From positions 416,001-480,000 of the forward strand of contig CAWKNZ010000002.1 of assembly GCA_963851265.1 (NCBI GenBank): 64,000 bases of DNA. The letters are read 5' to 3'. Source of the DNA: an uncultured Gemmatimonadales bacterium. GTDB taxonomy: Bacteria > Gemmatimonadota > Gemmatimonadetes > Gemmatimonadales > Gemmatimonadaceae. The position numbers were made by a program, and so were the translations under genes. The notes below the pieces were generated by a model. That model did not search any database, was not told where the DNA came from, and saw nothing but the letters and a program-made list of their open reading frames with translations. Positions 29,951 to 40,822 of the stretch are shown in pieces (positions within the stretch are counted from its first letter, which is position 1; every line of letters begins with the position of its first letter).

Positions 29951-31231
29951 CTACCGCCCGGTGCCTCCGCCGCGCACCGGCGTCCGCGCCCCATCGGCGG
30001 CCGTCGCCCGGACCCGCTCGACCGCGTCCGCCGCGACGTAGCCTTCCAGCGTCGCGACGCCCGGCGATGCGGGGCGCACGTGCAGCCAACCGCCGCCCGC
30101 CGCCCCGTCCACCGTGAGCAGCGAGCCGGGTGCGAGCGCCGCGAGCGTCGGCGCGCCGGTGATCGGCCCCGCGCGCAGCGCGACGGACGACCGCGAGCCG
30201 ATGCGAACGGTCGATCCGACGAAGGCCGTGTCCCGCCCGGGCGCGCTCGCCACCTGGTGCCGGGCGCTCAGGAACGGCAGCGGGTCGACCGCGCCAGTGC
30301 GCTCGTAGATCCCGAAGTGCAGGTGCGTCGGCCCGCCGCGCGCGTTCCCGGTGTTCCCCACGTAGCCGACGGTGTCGCCCACGCGCACCAGCTGGCCGTC
30401 GTGGACCGCCTGGGTGTCGAGGTGCGCGTAGTAGAGCGAGTGCCCGCGCGACGGCACCTCGACCGAGACGACGTGTCCGCCGAGGCGGTCGTCGCCCACG
30501 TACGCGACGATCCCGTCTTCCGCGGCGAGTGCCGGCGTCCCGCGCCGCGCCATGATGTCGACGCCCTCGTGCGACCGCGCGCCGCCGTCGCGCTCGGCAC
30601 CGAACCCGCTCGCGATCGCGCGGGCGTCGAGGCCCAGCACGGGGAAGGCGAGCGACGGCCCGGCGCCCAACGCCATCGCCCAACGGACGCGGCGGCGCAA
30701 CTCGGGCTGGACGCGAAGCACGTAGACCGCGTCCGCATCGTCGACCGGCGCGTCATACGTCGCGTGCGTCCCGTCTCCGCTGGCCACGAGGCGCCGCGCG
30801 GTCGGGTCGGTCGGGTCCTCGCGCCAGAGGTCGGTGAACACGCGCGCGCCCGAGTCGGCGTCTGCGTCGACGCGCGCCGTCACGCGCTCGCCGCGGCGCG
30901 CCCGCACGCGCCACGCCAGCGCGACCGCATCGCCGCCCTGAAACACGCCCTGCTCGCGCAGCGGAACCGGCGCCGCGGCGGGCGTGTCGAGCGCGCGGTC
31001 GCCCGCGACCACCCACTCGCGCGCGAGGCGAGCGCCGTCCTCGCCCTCACCGCGCAGGTCGTCGGCGTAGCGCTCGCGCTCCGTCGCGCCGCGCAGGCGA
31101 TCGCCGATCGTGCGTACCTGATTGCCGATCGCGTCGCGTATGCGGCCGGCGTTGCATGCGCTCCCAACGGTGAGGGCGGCACCGAGTGCCAGCCGTGCGA
31201 CGAGCGCGAAGGGACGTGAGACAAGATGCAT
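29951..31231 (-). CDS. M23 family metallopeptidase with C-terminal SH3b-like domain
   Basis: HEGVD, YYAHL, VGNTGNA, HLHFGIY; lipobox-like VGSAC; ...LRAGP...GWLHVR...GYV. Confidence 0.88.
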   Translation of the reverse strand: MHLVSRPFALVARLALGAALTVGSACNAGRIRDAIGNQVRTIGDRLRGATERERYADDLRGEGEDGARLAREWVVAGDRALDTPAAAPVPLREQGVFQGGDAVALAWRVRARRGERVTARVDADADSGARVFTDLWREDPTDPTARRLVASGDGTHATYDAPVDDADAVYVLRVQPELRRRVRWAMALGAGPSLAFPVLGLDARAIASGFGAERDGGARSHEGVDIMARRGTPALAAEDGIVAYVGDDRLGGHVVSVEVPSRGHSLYYAHLDTQAVHDGQLVRVGDTVGYVGNTGNARGGPTHLHFGIYERTGAVDPLPFLSARHQVASAPGRDTAFVGSTVRIGSRSSVALRAGPITGAPTLAALAPGSLLTVDGAAGGGWLHVRPASPGVATLEGYVAADAVERVRATAADGARTPVRGGGTGR

Positions 31232-31353
31232 CGTCTTGTGCATACCCCGGACGCCGCGTCTGGTGCACGCCCGTCACACTCGTGACGATGCCGAATCCCG
31301 TTCGCCGGCATGCCCGCTCCCCCGCCTCTGGTACCGCAGGTACGTTGGTCGCC

Positions 31354-33252
31354 ATGACCGCTTCTACCCTCACGCCCTCACCCCCCCCGATCGCCCCCGC
31401 GGCGCTGGCAGACCGCCTGCGCGCGACGACGTTCCTCGCCGGCCTGCCGGACGCGTACTTCTGGCGTCTCGCGCGCGCGTTCACGCTGCGGCCCTTCGAC
31501 GAGGAAGCGACGCTGTTCGAGGAGGGTGCGCCGCGACAGTTCCTCGCCGTGCTGCTCTCCGGGAGCGTGTCGGTCGAGAAGGTCGCTGAGGGGCGCGCCG
31601 TGCGGCTCTCGACCTTCGGCGTCGGCGAGGCGGTGGGCGAAGGCCTGCTGCTCGGCGACACGAACGCGCACGGCACCACGGCGCGCGCCCTCACGCCGGT
31701 CACGGCCGCCGTGATGACGCGCGCGCAGATGGACGACCTCCTCAAGGAGAACCCGCCCATCTTCGCGGCCCTCGTCGCGCGTGCCGCACGCGCGATCTCG
31801 CAGCGCCTGCGCGCGGCCGACGCGACGCTCCTCGGCCACGGCCGCGCGACCGGCTTCACCGGCGCCGGCACGCGCCGCGAGCACGACCTGTTAGGCACCC
31901 GCGAGGTGCCGGCCGACGCACTCTACGGCGTCCAGACGCTGCGCGCGCTCGAGAACTTCCCGATCACGAAGGTGCCGCTGCGCGAGTTTCCCGCGCTCGT
32001 CGGCGCACTCGCGGCGGTGAAGGCTGCCGCCGCGCGCGCGAACGCCGAGCTCGGACTGCTCGCCCCCGACGTCGCCGACGCGGTCGAACGCGCCGCGGAC
32101 GAGGTGCGCGCGGGGCGACACCACGAACACTTCCTCGTCGACATGATCCAGGGCGGGGCGGGCACCTCGACCAACATGAACGCGAACGAGGTCATCGCCA
32201 ACCGCGCCCTCGAGCTGTTGGGCCGTCCGCGCGGCGCGTACGACACGGTGCACCCCAACTCGCACGTCAACCTCAGCCAGAGCACCAACGACGTCTACCC
32301 GACGGCGGTGAAGCTCGCGCTGCACGAGAGCATCGACGCGCTGCGCGCGGCGATGCGCGTGCTGGCCGAGTCGTTCCTCGACAAGGGGCGCGAGTTCGCG
32401 CCGTTCGTGAAGATGGGGCGCACGCAGCTCCAGGACGCCGTGCCGATGACGCTCGGGCAGGAGTTTCGCGCGTTCGGCCACACGATGCTCGAGGACGTCG
32501 ACCGCCTCGGCGAAGTGCAGGGGCTGCTACGCGAGATCAACATGGGCGCGACGGCGATCGGCACCGGGATCACGGCGCCCGCCGGCTACGCCGAGGCCGT
32601 CCGGCGCCACCTCGCCGCGATCACCAACCTCGAGCTCGTGACGGCGCCCGACCTCGTGGAGGCGACGGCCGACACGGGCGTGTTCGTCCAACTCTCGGGC
32701 GTGCTCAAGCGGTGCGCGGTGAAGTTGTCGAAGATCTGCAACGACCTGCGCCTGCTGTCGTCGGGCCCGCGCGCGGGCCTGGGGGAGATCAACCTGCCGG
32801 CCATGCAGCCGGGGTCGTCGATCATGCCCGGCAAGGTGAACCCGGTCATCCCCGAGGTGGTCAACCAGGTCTGCTTCGACATCGTCGGCGGCGACGTCAC
32901 GGTGACCATGGCGGCCGAGGCCGGACAGCTCCAGCTCAACGTGTTCGAGCCGGTGATCGCCTACCGCCTGTTAGGCGGACTCGCCACGCTGCGCAACGCG
33001 TGCGACGTGCTGCGCGAGCGCTGCGTCGTCGGGATCACGGCGAACCCCGACCGCATGCGCCACTTCGTCGAGCACTCGATCGGCGTCGTCACCGCGCTCG
33101 TGCCCGTGATCGGCTACGAGGCGGCCACCGACATCGCGCGCGTGGCGCTCGCGAGCGGGCGCGGCGTGTTCGACCTCGTGATCGAGCGCGCGCTGATGAC
33201 GCGCGAGGAACTCGAGCACGCGCTCGACCCCGTGACGATGGTCGGGGTCTAA
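31354..33252 (+). CDS. aspA: Aspartate ammonia-lyase with N-terminal cyclic-nucleotide-binding domain
   Basis: YGVQTLRALENF, QGGAGTSTNMN, MGRTQLQDAVP and GSSIMPGKVNP; about 160-aa CRP-like N-terminus. Confidence 0.92.
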   Translation: MTASTLTPSPPPIAPAALADRLRATTFLAGLPDAYFWRLARAFTLRPFDEEATLFEEGAPRQFLAVLLSGSVSVEKVAEGRAVRLSTFGVGEAVGEGLLLGDTNAHGTTARALTPVTAAVMTRAQMDDLLKENPPIFAALVARAARAISQRLRAADATLLGHGRATGFTGAGTRREHDLLGTREVPADALYGVQTLRALENFPITKVPLREFPALVGALAAVKAAAARANAELGLLAPDVADAVERAADEVRAGRHHEHFLVDMIQGGAGTSTNMNANEVIANRALELLGRPRGAYDTVHPNSHVNLSQSTNDVYPTAVKLALHESIDALRAAMRVLAESFLDKGREFAPFVKMGRTQLQDAVPMTLGQEFRAFGHTMLEDVDRLGEVQGLLREINMGATAIGTGITAPAGYAEAVRRHLAAITNLELVTAPDLVEATADTGVFVQLSGVLKRCAVKLSKICNDLRLLSSGPRAGLGEINLPAMQPGSSIMPGKVNPVIPEVVNQVCFDIVGGDVTVTMAAEAGQLQLNVFEPVIAYRLLGGLATLRNACDVLRERCVVGITANPDRMRHFVEHSIGVVTALVPVIGYEAATDIARVALASGRGVFDLVIERALMTREELEHALDPVTMVGV

Positions 33253-33280
33253 CGCGGACCCGACGCGGGTCCTTCCGCAC

Positions 33281-35083
33281 TCACGTGCGGAAGCCCGCGA
33301 TCAGCCGCCGCACCCCGGCCGCACCGGCCGCGAGCTGGTCGGCCGTCGCCGACACCTCCTCCACGCTCGCCGCCGTCTGTTCGGTGGCCGCTGCCACCGA
33401 TTCGGCGGCCGCCGCGTGCCGCCCCGCGGCGTCGCGCGCCCGCGCGAGCGCGTCGTCCGCGGCCGCGACCGCGGGCCGGCTTCCGCGCACGGCGTCCGAC
33501 ACCCGCGACGCCGATTCGGCCACGCGCGCGACCGCGGCGTCCACGCGTCCGAGCGCGCCGGACGCGCCCGCCGCCACGAACTCGGCGTCGCGCAGGCGCG
33601 CCGCACCGGCGTCGGCCGCCGCGACGGCGCCGGCCACCTGAGCCCGCATGCGTCGCACCTGGCCCGCGACCTCGTCGGCCGCCGCCGCGCTCTGTTCGGC
33701 GAGGGCGCGCACTTCGTCGGCGACCACCGCGAACCCGCGACCGGCCGGACCCGCGCGCGCCGCCTCGAGCGCGGCGTTCAGCGCGAGCAGGTGCGTCTGC
33801 GCGGCCACCTCGCCGATGACCGCCGCGAAGTTGTCGGCCACGCCCGCCGCGTCGCGCAGGGCCCCGAGCTCGCGGGCCGACGTGTCGGCGACCTCACGGG
33901 CGCCTAACAGCAGCGCCACCGCGCGCCCGATCTCCGCGCGCGCCGACTCGGCCGTCCGGCGGATCTCGCGCCCCGCGCGCTCGGCGTCCACCGCGGCCTG
34001 TCGGATCGCGAGCCCGCGCTCGGCGAGTTCGCGGACCGCGCCGCCGGCCGCGTCCAGCGCGCCGAGCTGGGTGGCCGCGCCCGCCGAGATCTCGAGTACG
34101 GCCCCGGTGACGTGCTGCGTCGCCGCGGCCGTGCCGGTCGCGTTCCCGGCGAGCTCGGCCGAGGCGGCCGAGACCTGGTCGGCCTCGTCCTGCACGCGCG
34201 CGAGCAGGGTGCGTAGCCGTTCGCGTGCCTGGTCGAGCGTGTGGCCCAGTCGTGCGTACTCTGCCGAGGCGTCGCGGTCGGACGCGTCGCGCGCGTTTGT
34301 TGGAGGGTTCCACCCCGTCCATGGGGCGGGGTGCTCGTCGGTCCGGCCGCGGGCGTCACGCAGGTCGCCCTCGCCCATCGCGCCGATTTCGGCGCCCAGG
34401 GCGGCCAGGGGTTCGGTGACCGCGCGCGACGTGCGCATGGCCGCGTACGCGCCGACCACGACGGCGGCGAGCAGCAGGCCGAGGAGCCCGGCCTCGCGCT
34501 CGCGCAGGAGCGCGGCGGCGTCGGCCTCGCGTTCGGCGGCGCGGACCGACGCGGCTGCGCGCAGACGCCCAAGCTCCTGCTCCACCTGGTCGACGTCGGC
34601 CGTGGCGCGCGCGACCGCTGCCGACGCGTCGGCGTGCTGGCCGACTGCGGCGTACGCGCGAACCATCGTCAGCCGCGCTTCGATCGCGGCCTGCGTGCGG
34701 CCGACCGCCTCCAGCCGCTCGCGCTCGACGTCGCCGAGGCCCGGCAGGGCGATCGCATCGCGCCGAAGGCCGTCGGCCTCTTCCATGGCGCGCTGATAGC
34801 GGCGCGCCGCCTCGTCGCCGCCGCTTTCGGCGTAATGCGTGCCGGCGACGATCTCGCGGAGGAGCGCGGGGCTGACCTGCCCCACGGTGTCGTAGTGCGC
34901 GTGAAGTGCCGCGACGATGGCGGCATGGCGCTCCGCCGCCGCGTCCAACGTCGCGAGTCCGAGCGCGCCGGCGGCGCCGAGCAGGGCGAGCGTTCCACCG
35001 AACCCGAGGCGGAGTCGGCCCGTGATCGTCCACCGCGGGAGCACGGCGCGGGCGGGCCCGGCGTCGGCCAGAGTGACGGTCAC
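33281..35083 (-). CDS. Methyl-accepting chemotaxis protein
   Basis: Two TM helices around a helical periplasmic domain, HAMP, and [32 protein letters not shown] overlaps the upstream stop. Confidence 0.9.
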   Translation of the reverse strand: MTVTLADAGPARAVLPRWTITGRLRLGFGGTLALLGAAGALGLATLDAAAERHAAIVAALHAHYDTVGQVSPALLREIVAGTHYAESGGDEAARRYQRAMEEADGLRRDAIALPGLGDVERERLEAVGRTQAAIEARLTMVRAYAAVGQHADASAAVARATADVDQVEQELGRLRAAASVRAAEREADAAALLREREAGLLGLLLAAVVVGAYAAMRTSRAVTEPLAALGAEIGAMGEGDLRDARGRTDEHPAPWTGWNPPTNARDASDRDASAEYARLGHTLDQARERLRTLLARVQDEADQVSAASAELAGNATGTAAATQHVTGAVLEISAGAATQLGALDAAGGAVRELAERGLAIRQAAVDAERAGREIRRTAESARAEIGRAVALLLGAREVADTSARELGALRDAAGVADNFAAVIGEVAAQTHLLALNAALEAARAGPAGRGFAVVADEVRALAEQSAAAADEVAGQVRRMRAQVAGAVAAADAGAARLRDAEFVAAGASGALGRVDAAVARVAESASRVSDAVRGSRPAVAAADDALARARDAAGRHAAAAESVAAATEQTAASVEEVSATADQLAAGAAGVRRLIAGFRT

Positions 35084-36285
35084 GGAATCGAGGGCGAGGC
35101 GGCGGACACCACGGCGATCGTCACGCCGCGGCCGATCACGCCGTGGCGGGCGTCGAACGCGATCGGGCCGGCGACGCCACGGATCGCGGGCGTCGTGTGG
35201 CCGAGCGCGGCGAGCCAGTCGCGGACGCGCCGGCGCCGATCGGAGGCGTCGAGGTCGGTGGCGAGCGCGGCGCGTCCGAGGAGCAGGCCCGCCTCGTAGG
35301 CCATCGCGGCTCGGACGCCCGGGCGTTCGTGGTAGCGCGCCGTGTAGCGGGCGACGAACGCGCGGCCCTCGGCGGGCGCGCCGGGGCGGTCCGCGGCGGC
35401 GGCCGTGAACGGGACGGCGTAGCGCGCCCCGGCGAACTCGGCCGAGTCGGCGAGCGGGGCCACGGCGTCGCCGCCTAACAACGGCGTCCGGTCGCCCGCA
35501 GCGCGCAGCGCGCGGAGGAGGGCCGCGGCGTCCTCCGCGCTGCCCGGGAAGAGGATCACGTCCGGTCGGCGCGAGGCGAGAAAGCGGGCGTAGACCGGCC
35601 ACTCGGTGACGCCCGTGAGGTACGGGTCGCGCGTGGCGAGCGCGCCGCCGTGGCGTTCGAACGCGCGCCCGAACGCGGCGGCCCAGTCGCGGCCGTAGGC
35701 GTCGTTCCGGTAGACGATGGCCGCACGCCGCGCGCCGAGCGAGTCGGCGACGTAGGCGGCCACGGCACGGCTCGCCGTCTCGTCGTCGGGGGAGAGGCGA
35801 AACAACCAGGGCGAGCGGCCTGCGAGGGCGGCGCTCGTCGCCGTCGGCGTGATCGCGGCGACTGCGTGCGCGCCGTCGTGCTCGGCGTCTTCGAATACCG
35901 GCACCGCGTCGAGGGTGCGGCCGCTTTCCGGATCGCCGACGATGCCGATCACGGCCGGGTCGTCGCGCAGGCGTTCGGCGGCGGCGACCGCGCCGACGAC
36001 GCCGTGCGGCGTGGAACGCACGCTGAAGCGCAGCCCCCGCGCGCGCACGGCCGGCTCCGACGCGAGCGTTGCCGCGGCGAGCTCGACCCCGCGTTGGACC
36101 GCGGCCATGCCCGGCCGGTCGGGGTTGAGCGCCACGCCGATCGCGATCTCGCGTCGGCCCACGCTCGGTGCGGCCGCGGCGCGCGCGCACGACTGGGCAC
36201 AACTGGCGAGGATCACGACGTTGAGCACGTGCGTGATCGCGCGCGCTCGGTGTGATGAGCGGCCCGGCACACGGGGTGCTGGCAT
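35080..36285 (-). CDS. LivK/LivJ-like periplasmic solute-binding protein
   Basis: [38 protein letters not shown] motifs. Start approximate. Confidence 0.85.
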   Translation of the reverse strand: MPAPRVPGRSSHRARAITHVLNVVILASCAQSCARAAAAPSVGRREIAIGVALNPDRPGMAAVQRGVELAAATLASEPAVRARGLRFSVRSTPHGVVGAVAAAERLRDDPAVIGIVGDPESGRTLDAVPVFEDAEHDGAHAVAAITPTATSAALAGRSPWLFRLSPDDETASRAVAAYVADSLGARRAAIVYRNDAYGRDWAAAFGRAFERHGGALATRDPYLTGVTEWPVYARFLASRRPDVILFPGSAEDAAALLRALRAAGDRTPLLGGDAVAPLADSAEFAGARYAVPFTAAAADRPGAPAEGRAFVARYTARYHERPGVRAAMAYEAGLLLGRAALATDLDASDRRRRVRDWLAALGHTTPAIRGVAGPIAFDARHGVIGRGVTIAVVSAASPSIP

Positions 36286-36537
36286 CGGGGGCGGGGCGGG
36301 CGTGTGGCGGTATGCGGTGGGGCGGGTCACCAGCACGACGACCAGCGCGCGCCACGCGAAACCGGCACGTATCGCTCGGCCGCGCGGTTCGTACTCGGCG
36401 TGCCCCACGCATGAGCTGGGTGTGCGCTCGCTTGCTCCTCTGGAAACGCGAGGTTTACCTTGCCCACGCCGCCTTTCGGTCGCGCCCGACTTTGGCACGA
36501 CCCGCGGACGCTCACACGCCGCCCTACTCCGACTGGC

Positions 36538-38076
36538 ATGACACGCAATTCCCGCCCGCGGCCACGCGGCATGGCCTCGGCCATCCGCGCGGTATCGGGC
36601 CGCGCAACGGCTTACGCGCTGCCGCTCGCGGCCGTCGCGCTGCTGGCGCTCACGGCCTGCGAGGGCCCGCACACGCCCGACTCGGTCCTCACGACGCATT
36701 CCGAGACGAACGTCGCGGTGCTCGGGCTTTGGAAATACCTGTTCTTCTTCGGCACGTTGGTCTTCATCGTCGTCGAAGCGCTGCTGATGTACGTGATCGT
36801 CAAGTTCCGGCGGCGTCCGGGCGACTCGATCGAGCCGCGGCACGTGCACGGCAACACCACGCTCGAGGTGCTGTGGACGGCGATTCCCGCCGTCATCCTG
36901 GTGTTCATCGCCGTGCCCACGGTGCGGACCATCTTCCGCACGCAGGCCAAGGCGAAGGCCGGCGCGCTGCAGGTCGAGGTGATCGGCCACCAGTGGTGGT
37001 GGGAGTTCCGCTACCCCGAGTACAACATCACGACGGCCAACGAGCTGTACCTCCCGACGGGGCGCACGGTGAACTTCGCGCTCAAGACGGCCGACGTGCT
37101 GCACTCGTTCTGGATCCCGGCGCTGTCGGGCAAGCGCGACCTCATCGCGAACCACACCAACTATCTCTGGTTCACGCCCGACTCCGCGCTTGGCGCGGCG
37201 GCGTGGAACGGGCACTGCGCGGAGTACTGCGGGGCGAGCCACGCGAACATGCGGTTCCGGGTCTACACGGTGCCGCCGGCGCAGTTCGCGAGCTGGGCGA
37301 AGGGGCAGCAGCAGGTGGCGGAGTTCGGCGCGACGCCGACGACCGCGGCCCCGGGGACGGGCGCGCCGCAGAGCAGCATGCCCGTTTCGGTGGGTGATTC
37401 GGCCGCGGCCAAGGCCACGGCGCGGCAGCAGGCGGGGATCGCGACGGCCGGCCCGAAGGCGCAGACCGACCAGCCCGCGGTGAACAGCGACGTCGCGGCT
37501 CGCAACAACCCGGCGCCGACGGTCAACGCGTCGGGCGCGGGTACGCCGCAAGCGGGCGTGGCCGGCGCGCGTCCGGGCACGGTCAAGCCGCAGGGGCCCG
37601 TGACGCCGCAGACCGCGCAGCAGCAGGCGACGTATGCGGACGTGCCGGCCGGCTACACGTTCCCGGCGGCCAACATGCCGTCGAACATCCTCCCGGCGAC
37701 GCCGATCCCGGCCGAGATCGGGCAGGCGACGCTGCTCGCGGGCGACGCGACGCGCGGGCTCGCGACGATCAAGACCAAGTCGTGCGGCGGCTGCCACTAC
37801 GTGAACGGCAACCCGGTGATGATGGGGAAGATCGGGCCGAACCTGACGCACATCGGCTCGCGGAACACGATCGCGGGCGGGCTCTTCCCGAACGACGTGT
37901 CGCACCTGTCGGCGTGGCTCAAGAACGCCCGCGCGATGAAGCCGGGGGTCACGATGCCGGCGCTCGGCATCGGGCAGTACGATCCGCTCACGAAGGCCAG
38001 GGTGACGCCGGCGCTCGGCGGGCTCACCAACCAAGAGGTCGCCGACATCGTGGCCTACCTGCACGCCCTGAAGTAA
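36538..38076 (+). CDS. coxB: Cytochrome c oxidase subunit II with fused cytochrome c (caa3 type)
   Basis: Lipobox LTAC, HQWWWEF, DVLHSFW, CuA site CAEYCGASHANM, heme c motif CGGCH, GPNLTH. Confidence 0.95.
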   Translation: MTRNSRPRPRGMASAIRAVSGRATAYALPLAAVALLALTACEGPHTPDSVLTTHSETNVAVLGLWKYLFFFGTLVFIVVEALLMYVIVKFRRRPGDSIEPRHVHGNTTLEVLWTAIPAVILVFIAVPTVRTIFRTQAKAKAGALQVEVIGHQWWWEFRYPEYNITTANELYLPTGRTVNFALKTADVLHSFWIPALSGKRDLIANHTNYLWFTPDSALGAAAWNGHCAEYCGASHANMRFRVYTVPPAQFASWAKGQQQVAEFGATPTTAAPGTGAPQSSMPVSVGDSAAAKATARQQAGIATAGPKAQTDQPAVNSDVAARNNPAPTVNASGAGTPQAGVAGARPGTVKPQGPVTPQTAQQQATYADVPAGYTFPAANMPSNILPATPIPAEIGQATLLAGDATRGLATIKTKSCGGCHYVNGNPVMMGKIGPNLTHIGSRNTIAGGLFPNDVSHLSAWLKNARAMKPGVTMPALGIGQYDPLTKARVTPALGGLTNQEVADIVAYLHALK

Positions 38077-38094
38077 CCTCGAGACGCACCCCTC

Positions 38095-40131
38095 ATGGCC
38101 ACCACGATTGCGCCGCCGCGATACGCGCCGGCCGACACGCGAGTCGACACGCACGTCGCCGAGGATACCGGCCTCTGGAGCTGGCTCACCACGGTCGACC
38201 ACAAGCGGATCGGGACGCTCTACCTCGTCACCTCGCTCGCCTTCTTCATCTGGGGCGGGCTCGAGGCGGGGCTGATCCGCGCGCAGCTCGCGCAGCCCAA
38301 CCAGCACCTCGTCTCGGCCGAGACGTACAACCAGCTGTTCACGATGCACGGCACGACGATGGTGTTCCTCGCCATCATGCCGTTGTCGGCGGCGTTCTTC
38401 AACCTGCTCATCCCGCTCCAGATCGGCGCCCGCGACGTCGCGTTCCCGCGGCTGAACGCGTTCTCGTACTGGATCTATCTGTTAGGCGGCATCTTCATCA
38501 CGCTGCCCGTGCTGTTCCACGCCGCGCCGGACGGCGGGTGGTTCGGGTACGCGCCGCTGACGACGAAGGCGCACTCGCCCGGGATCAACATCGACTTCTG
38601 GGTGATCGGGCTCCAGATCCTCGGCATCAGCACGCTGGCGGCGTCGTTCAACTTCATCACGACCGTCATCAACATGCGGGCGCCCGGGATGAACATGATG
38701 CGCATGCCCATGTTCACCTGGAACGCGTTCATCGTGCAGTTCCTGATCCTGCTGGCCTTCCCGGTCATCACGATCGCGCTCCAGTTCCTGATCTTCGACC
38801 GGTTCTTCGGGACCAACTTCTACACGACGGCCGCGGGCGCGGACCCGCTGCTCTGGCAGCACCTGTTCTGGATCTTCGGGCACCCCGAGGTCTACATCCT
38901 CATCCTGCCCGCGTTCGGGCTGGTGAGCGAGGTGATCCCGACGTTCAGCCGCAAGCCGATCTTCGGCTACCCGGTGATGGTGTACGCGACCACGCTGATC
39001 GGCTTCCTCGGCTTCGGCGTGTGGGCGCACCACATGTTCGCGGTGGGCATGGGCCCGGTGGCGGACTCGGTGTTCTCGCTGACGACGATGCTCATCGCGA
39101 TCCCGACGGGCGTGAAGATCTTCAACTGGATCTCCACGATGTGGGGCGGCGCGCTGCGCTTCACGACCGCGATGAAGTACGCGACGGCGCTCGTCGGCCT
39201 GTTCACGATCGGCGGCATCTCGGGCGTGATGCACTCCTCGCCCCCGGCCGACCTGCAGCAGACGGACTCCTACTTCATCGTCGCGCACTTCCACTACGTG
39301 CTGTTCGGCGGCTCGATGATGGGCCTGTTCGCCGGCATCTACTACTACTTCCCGAAGTTCAAGGGGCGCCTGCTCGACGAGAAGCTCGGCAGCTGGAGCT
39401 TCTGGACGATGCTGGTCGGGATGAATCTCACGTTCTTCCCGATGCACTTCTCGGGGCTGCTCGGCATGCCGCGCCGCGTGTACACGTACGACGCGGACCA
39501 GGGCTACTCCGGCTTCAACCTCGCCTCGTCGATCGGCACGGCCATCCTCATCGTCGGGGTCTGGTTCACGATCTACAACCTGATCAAGAGCTGGAACAAG
39601 GGCGAGAAGGCGGGCAACGACCCGTGGGGCGCGGGCACGCTCGAGTGGACCATCCCGTCGCCGCCGCCGGATTACAACTTCGCCGAGCTGCCGCGCGTGA
39701 CCTCGCGCTACCCGCTGTGGGACGTGAAGGCCCCGCAGCTGACGGCGGAGGTGCCGCACTCGGAGCAGGGGGACTCGCGCCTCGGGATCGGCGTGCCCGG
39801 CGCGGGCATGGGGGCGAACGGCGCCGAGGCGTCGCACACGCACGTCAACCCGACCGGCGGCGCCGGACCGTTGGGTGGCGCGCCGGTGATGGCGAACGCG
39901 ATGCAGCGCACGGGCGGCCGCCTGCCCACTGCGAAGGAACTCGGCATTCCGATGCCGAACCCCAGCATCATGCCGCTCGTCTGCGCGATGGGCGTGGTGG
40001 TGATGTTCTCGGGGCTGATGTTCCTCGAGAAGGACCTCAAGGTCGGGATCAGCGTGATGGCGTTCGGCGCGCTCTGGTGGGTCTCGTCGCTCTTCAACTG
40101 GCTCACGACCCCGCTCGAGGACGCGCACTAA
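38095..40131 (+). CDS. ctaD: Cytochrome c oxidase subunit I (A1 type)
   Basis: DHKRIG, HGTTM, FWIFGHPEVY, WAHHMF, AHFHY, GMPRR. Confidence 0.97.
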   Translation: MATTIAPPRYAPADTRVDTHVAEDTGLWSWLTTVDHKRIGTLYLVTSLAFFIWGGLEAGLIRAQLAQPNQHLVSAETYNQLFTMHGTTMVFLAIMPLSAAFFNLLIPLQIGARDVAFPRLNAFSYWIYLLGGIFITLPVLFHAAPDGGWFGYAPLTTKAHSPGINIDFWVIGLQILGISTLAASFNFITTVINMRAPGMNMMRMPMFTWNAFIVQFLILLAFPVITIALQFLIFDRFFGTNFYTTAAGADPLLWQHLFWIFGHPEVYILILPAFGLVSEVIPTFSRKPIFGYPVMVYATTLIGFLGFGVWAHHMFAVGMGPVADSVFSLTTMLIAIPTGVKIFNWISTMWGGALRFTTAMKYATALVGLFTIGGISGVMHSSPPADLQQTDSYFIVAHFHYVLFGGSMMGLFAGIYYYFPKFKGRLLDEKLGSWSFWTMLVGMNLTFFPMHFSGLLGMPRRVYTYDADQGYSGFNLASSIGTAILIVGVWFTIYNLIKSWNKGEKAGNDPWGAGTLEWTIPSPPPDYNFAELPRVTSRYPLWDVKAPQLTAEVPHSEQGDSRLGIGVPGAGMGANGAEASHTHVNPTGGAGPLGGAPVMANAMQRTGGRLPTAKELGIPMPNPSIMPLVCAMGVVVMFSGLMFLEKDLKVGISVMAFGALWWVSSLFNWLTTPLEDAH

Positions 40132-40132
40132 C

Positions 40133-40813
40133 ATGGCGACCACCGTCACGACGATGACGTCCGCCAACCAGGCGGACACGCACACCGCGGGGCACTACAC
40201 GACCACGGGCCTCGACAACCGCAAGATCGCCATCTGGGCGTTCATCGGGTCGGAGTGCATGCTGTTCACGTCGCTCATCTCGACGTACCTGATCTACAAG
40301 GGGCGGTCGCTGGTCGGCCCGTTCCCACACGAGGTGTGGCGCGACCCGTCGACGGGGCACGTGTTCAAGCCGATTCTGAACATCCCCGTCACGTCGGCCT
40401 CGACGTTCGTGCTCCTCATGTCGTCGCTGTGCATGGTGCTCGCGCACAACGCGGTCGTGAACGCGGACAACCCGCGGAAGAGCCTGATCACCAACTCCAA
40501 GCTGTGGCTCGCCATGACGGCGATCCTCGGCGCGACGTTCCTCGGGTTCCAGGCCTACGAGTTCACCTCGTTCGTGCACGAGGGGCTGACGATCCGCACC
40601 AACCTGTTCGGGTCGAGCTTCTTCACGCTCACCGGCTTCCACGGCGGCCACGTGACCGCCGGCGTGATCTGGCTGCTCGCGCTGCTCGCGATCGACATGA
40701 AGCGCGGACTGCGGCCGAGCGACGCGCTCGCCGTCGACCTCGCGGCGCTGTACTGGCACTTCGTCGACGTCGTCTGGATCGTGATCTTCACGCTCGTATA
40801 CCTCATCCAGTAG
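40133..40813 (+). CDS. ctaE: Cytochrome c oxidase subunit III
   Basis: FIGSE..LF, LLMSS, TGFHGGHV, YWHFVDVVW. Confidence 0.95.
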   Translation: MATTVTTMTSANQADTHTAGHYTTTGLDNRKIAIWAFIGSECMLFTSLISTYLIYKGRSLVGPFPHEVWRDPSTGHVFKPILNIPVTSASTFVLLMSSLCMVLAHNAVVNADNPRKSLITNSKLWLAMTAILGATFLGFQAYEFTSFVHEGLTIRTNLFGSSFFTLTGFHGGHVTAGVIWLLALLAIDMKRGLRPSDALAVDLAALYWHFVDVVWIVIFTLVYLIQ

Positions 40814-40822
40814 GAGCGCGCG

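Noticed and set aside
33281..38349. Apparent 1043-aa and 1089-aa fusion ORFs for the MCP and the SBP
   Set aside because: The N-terminal extensions are off-frame or antisense read-through of neighbours; real starts are near 35083 and 36285.
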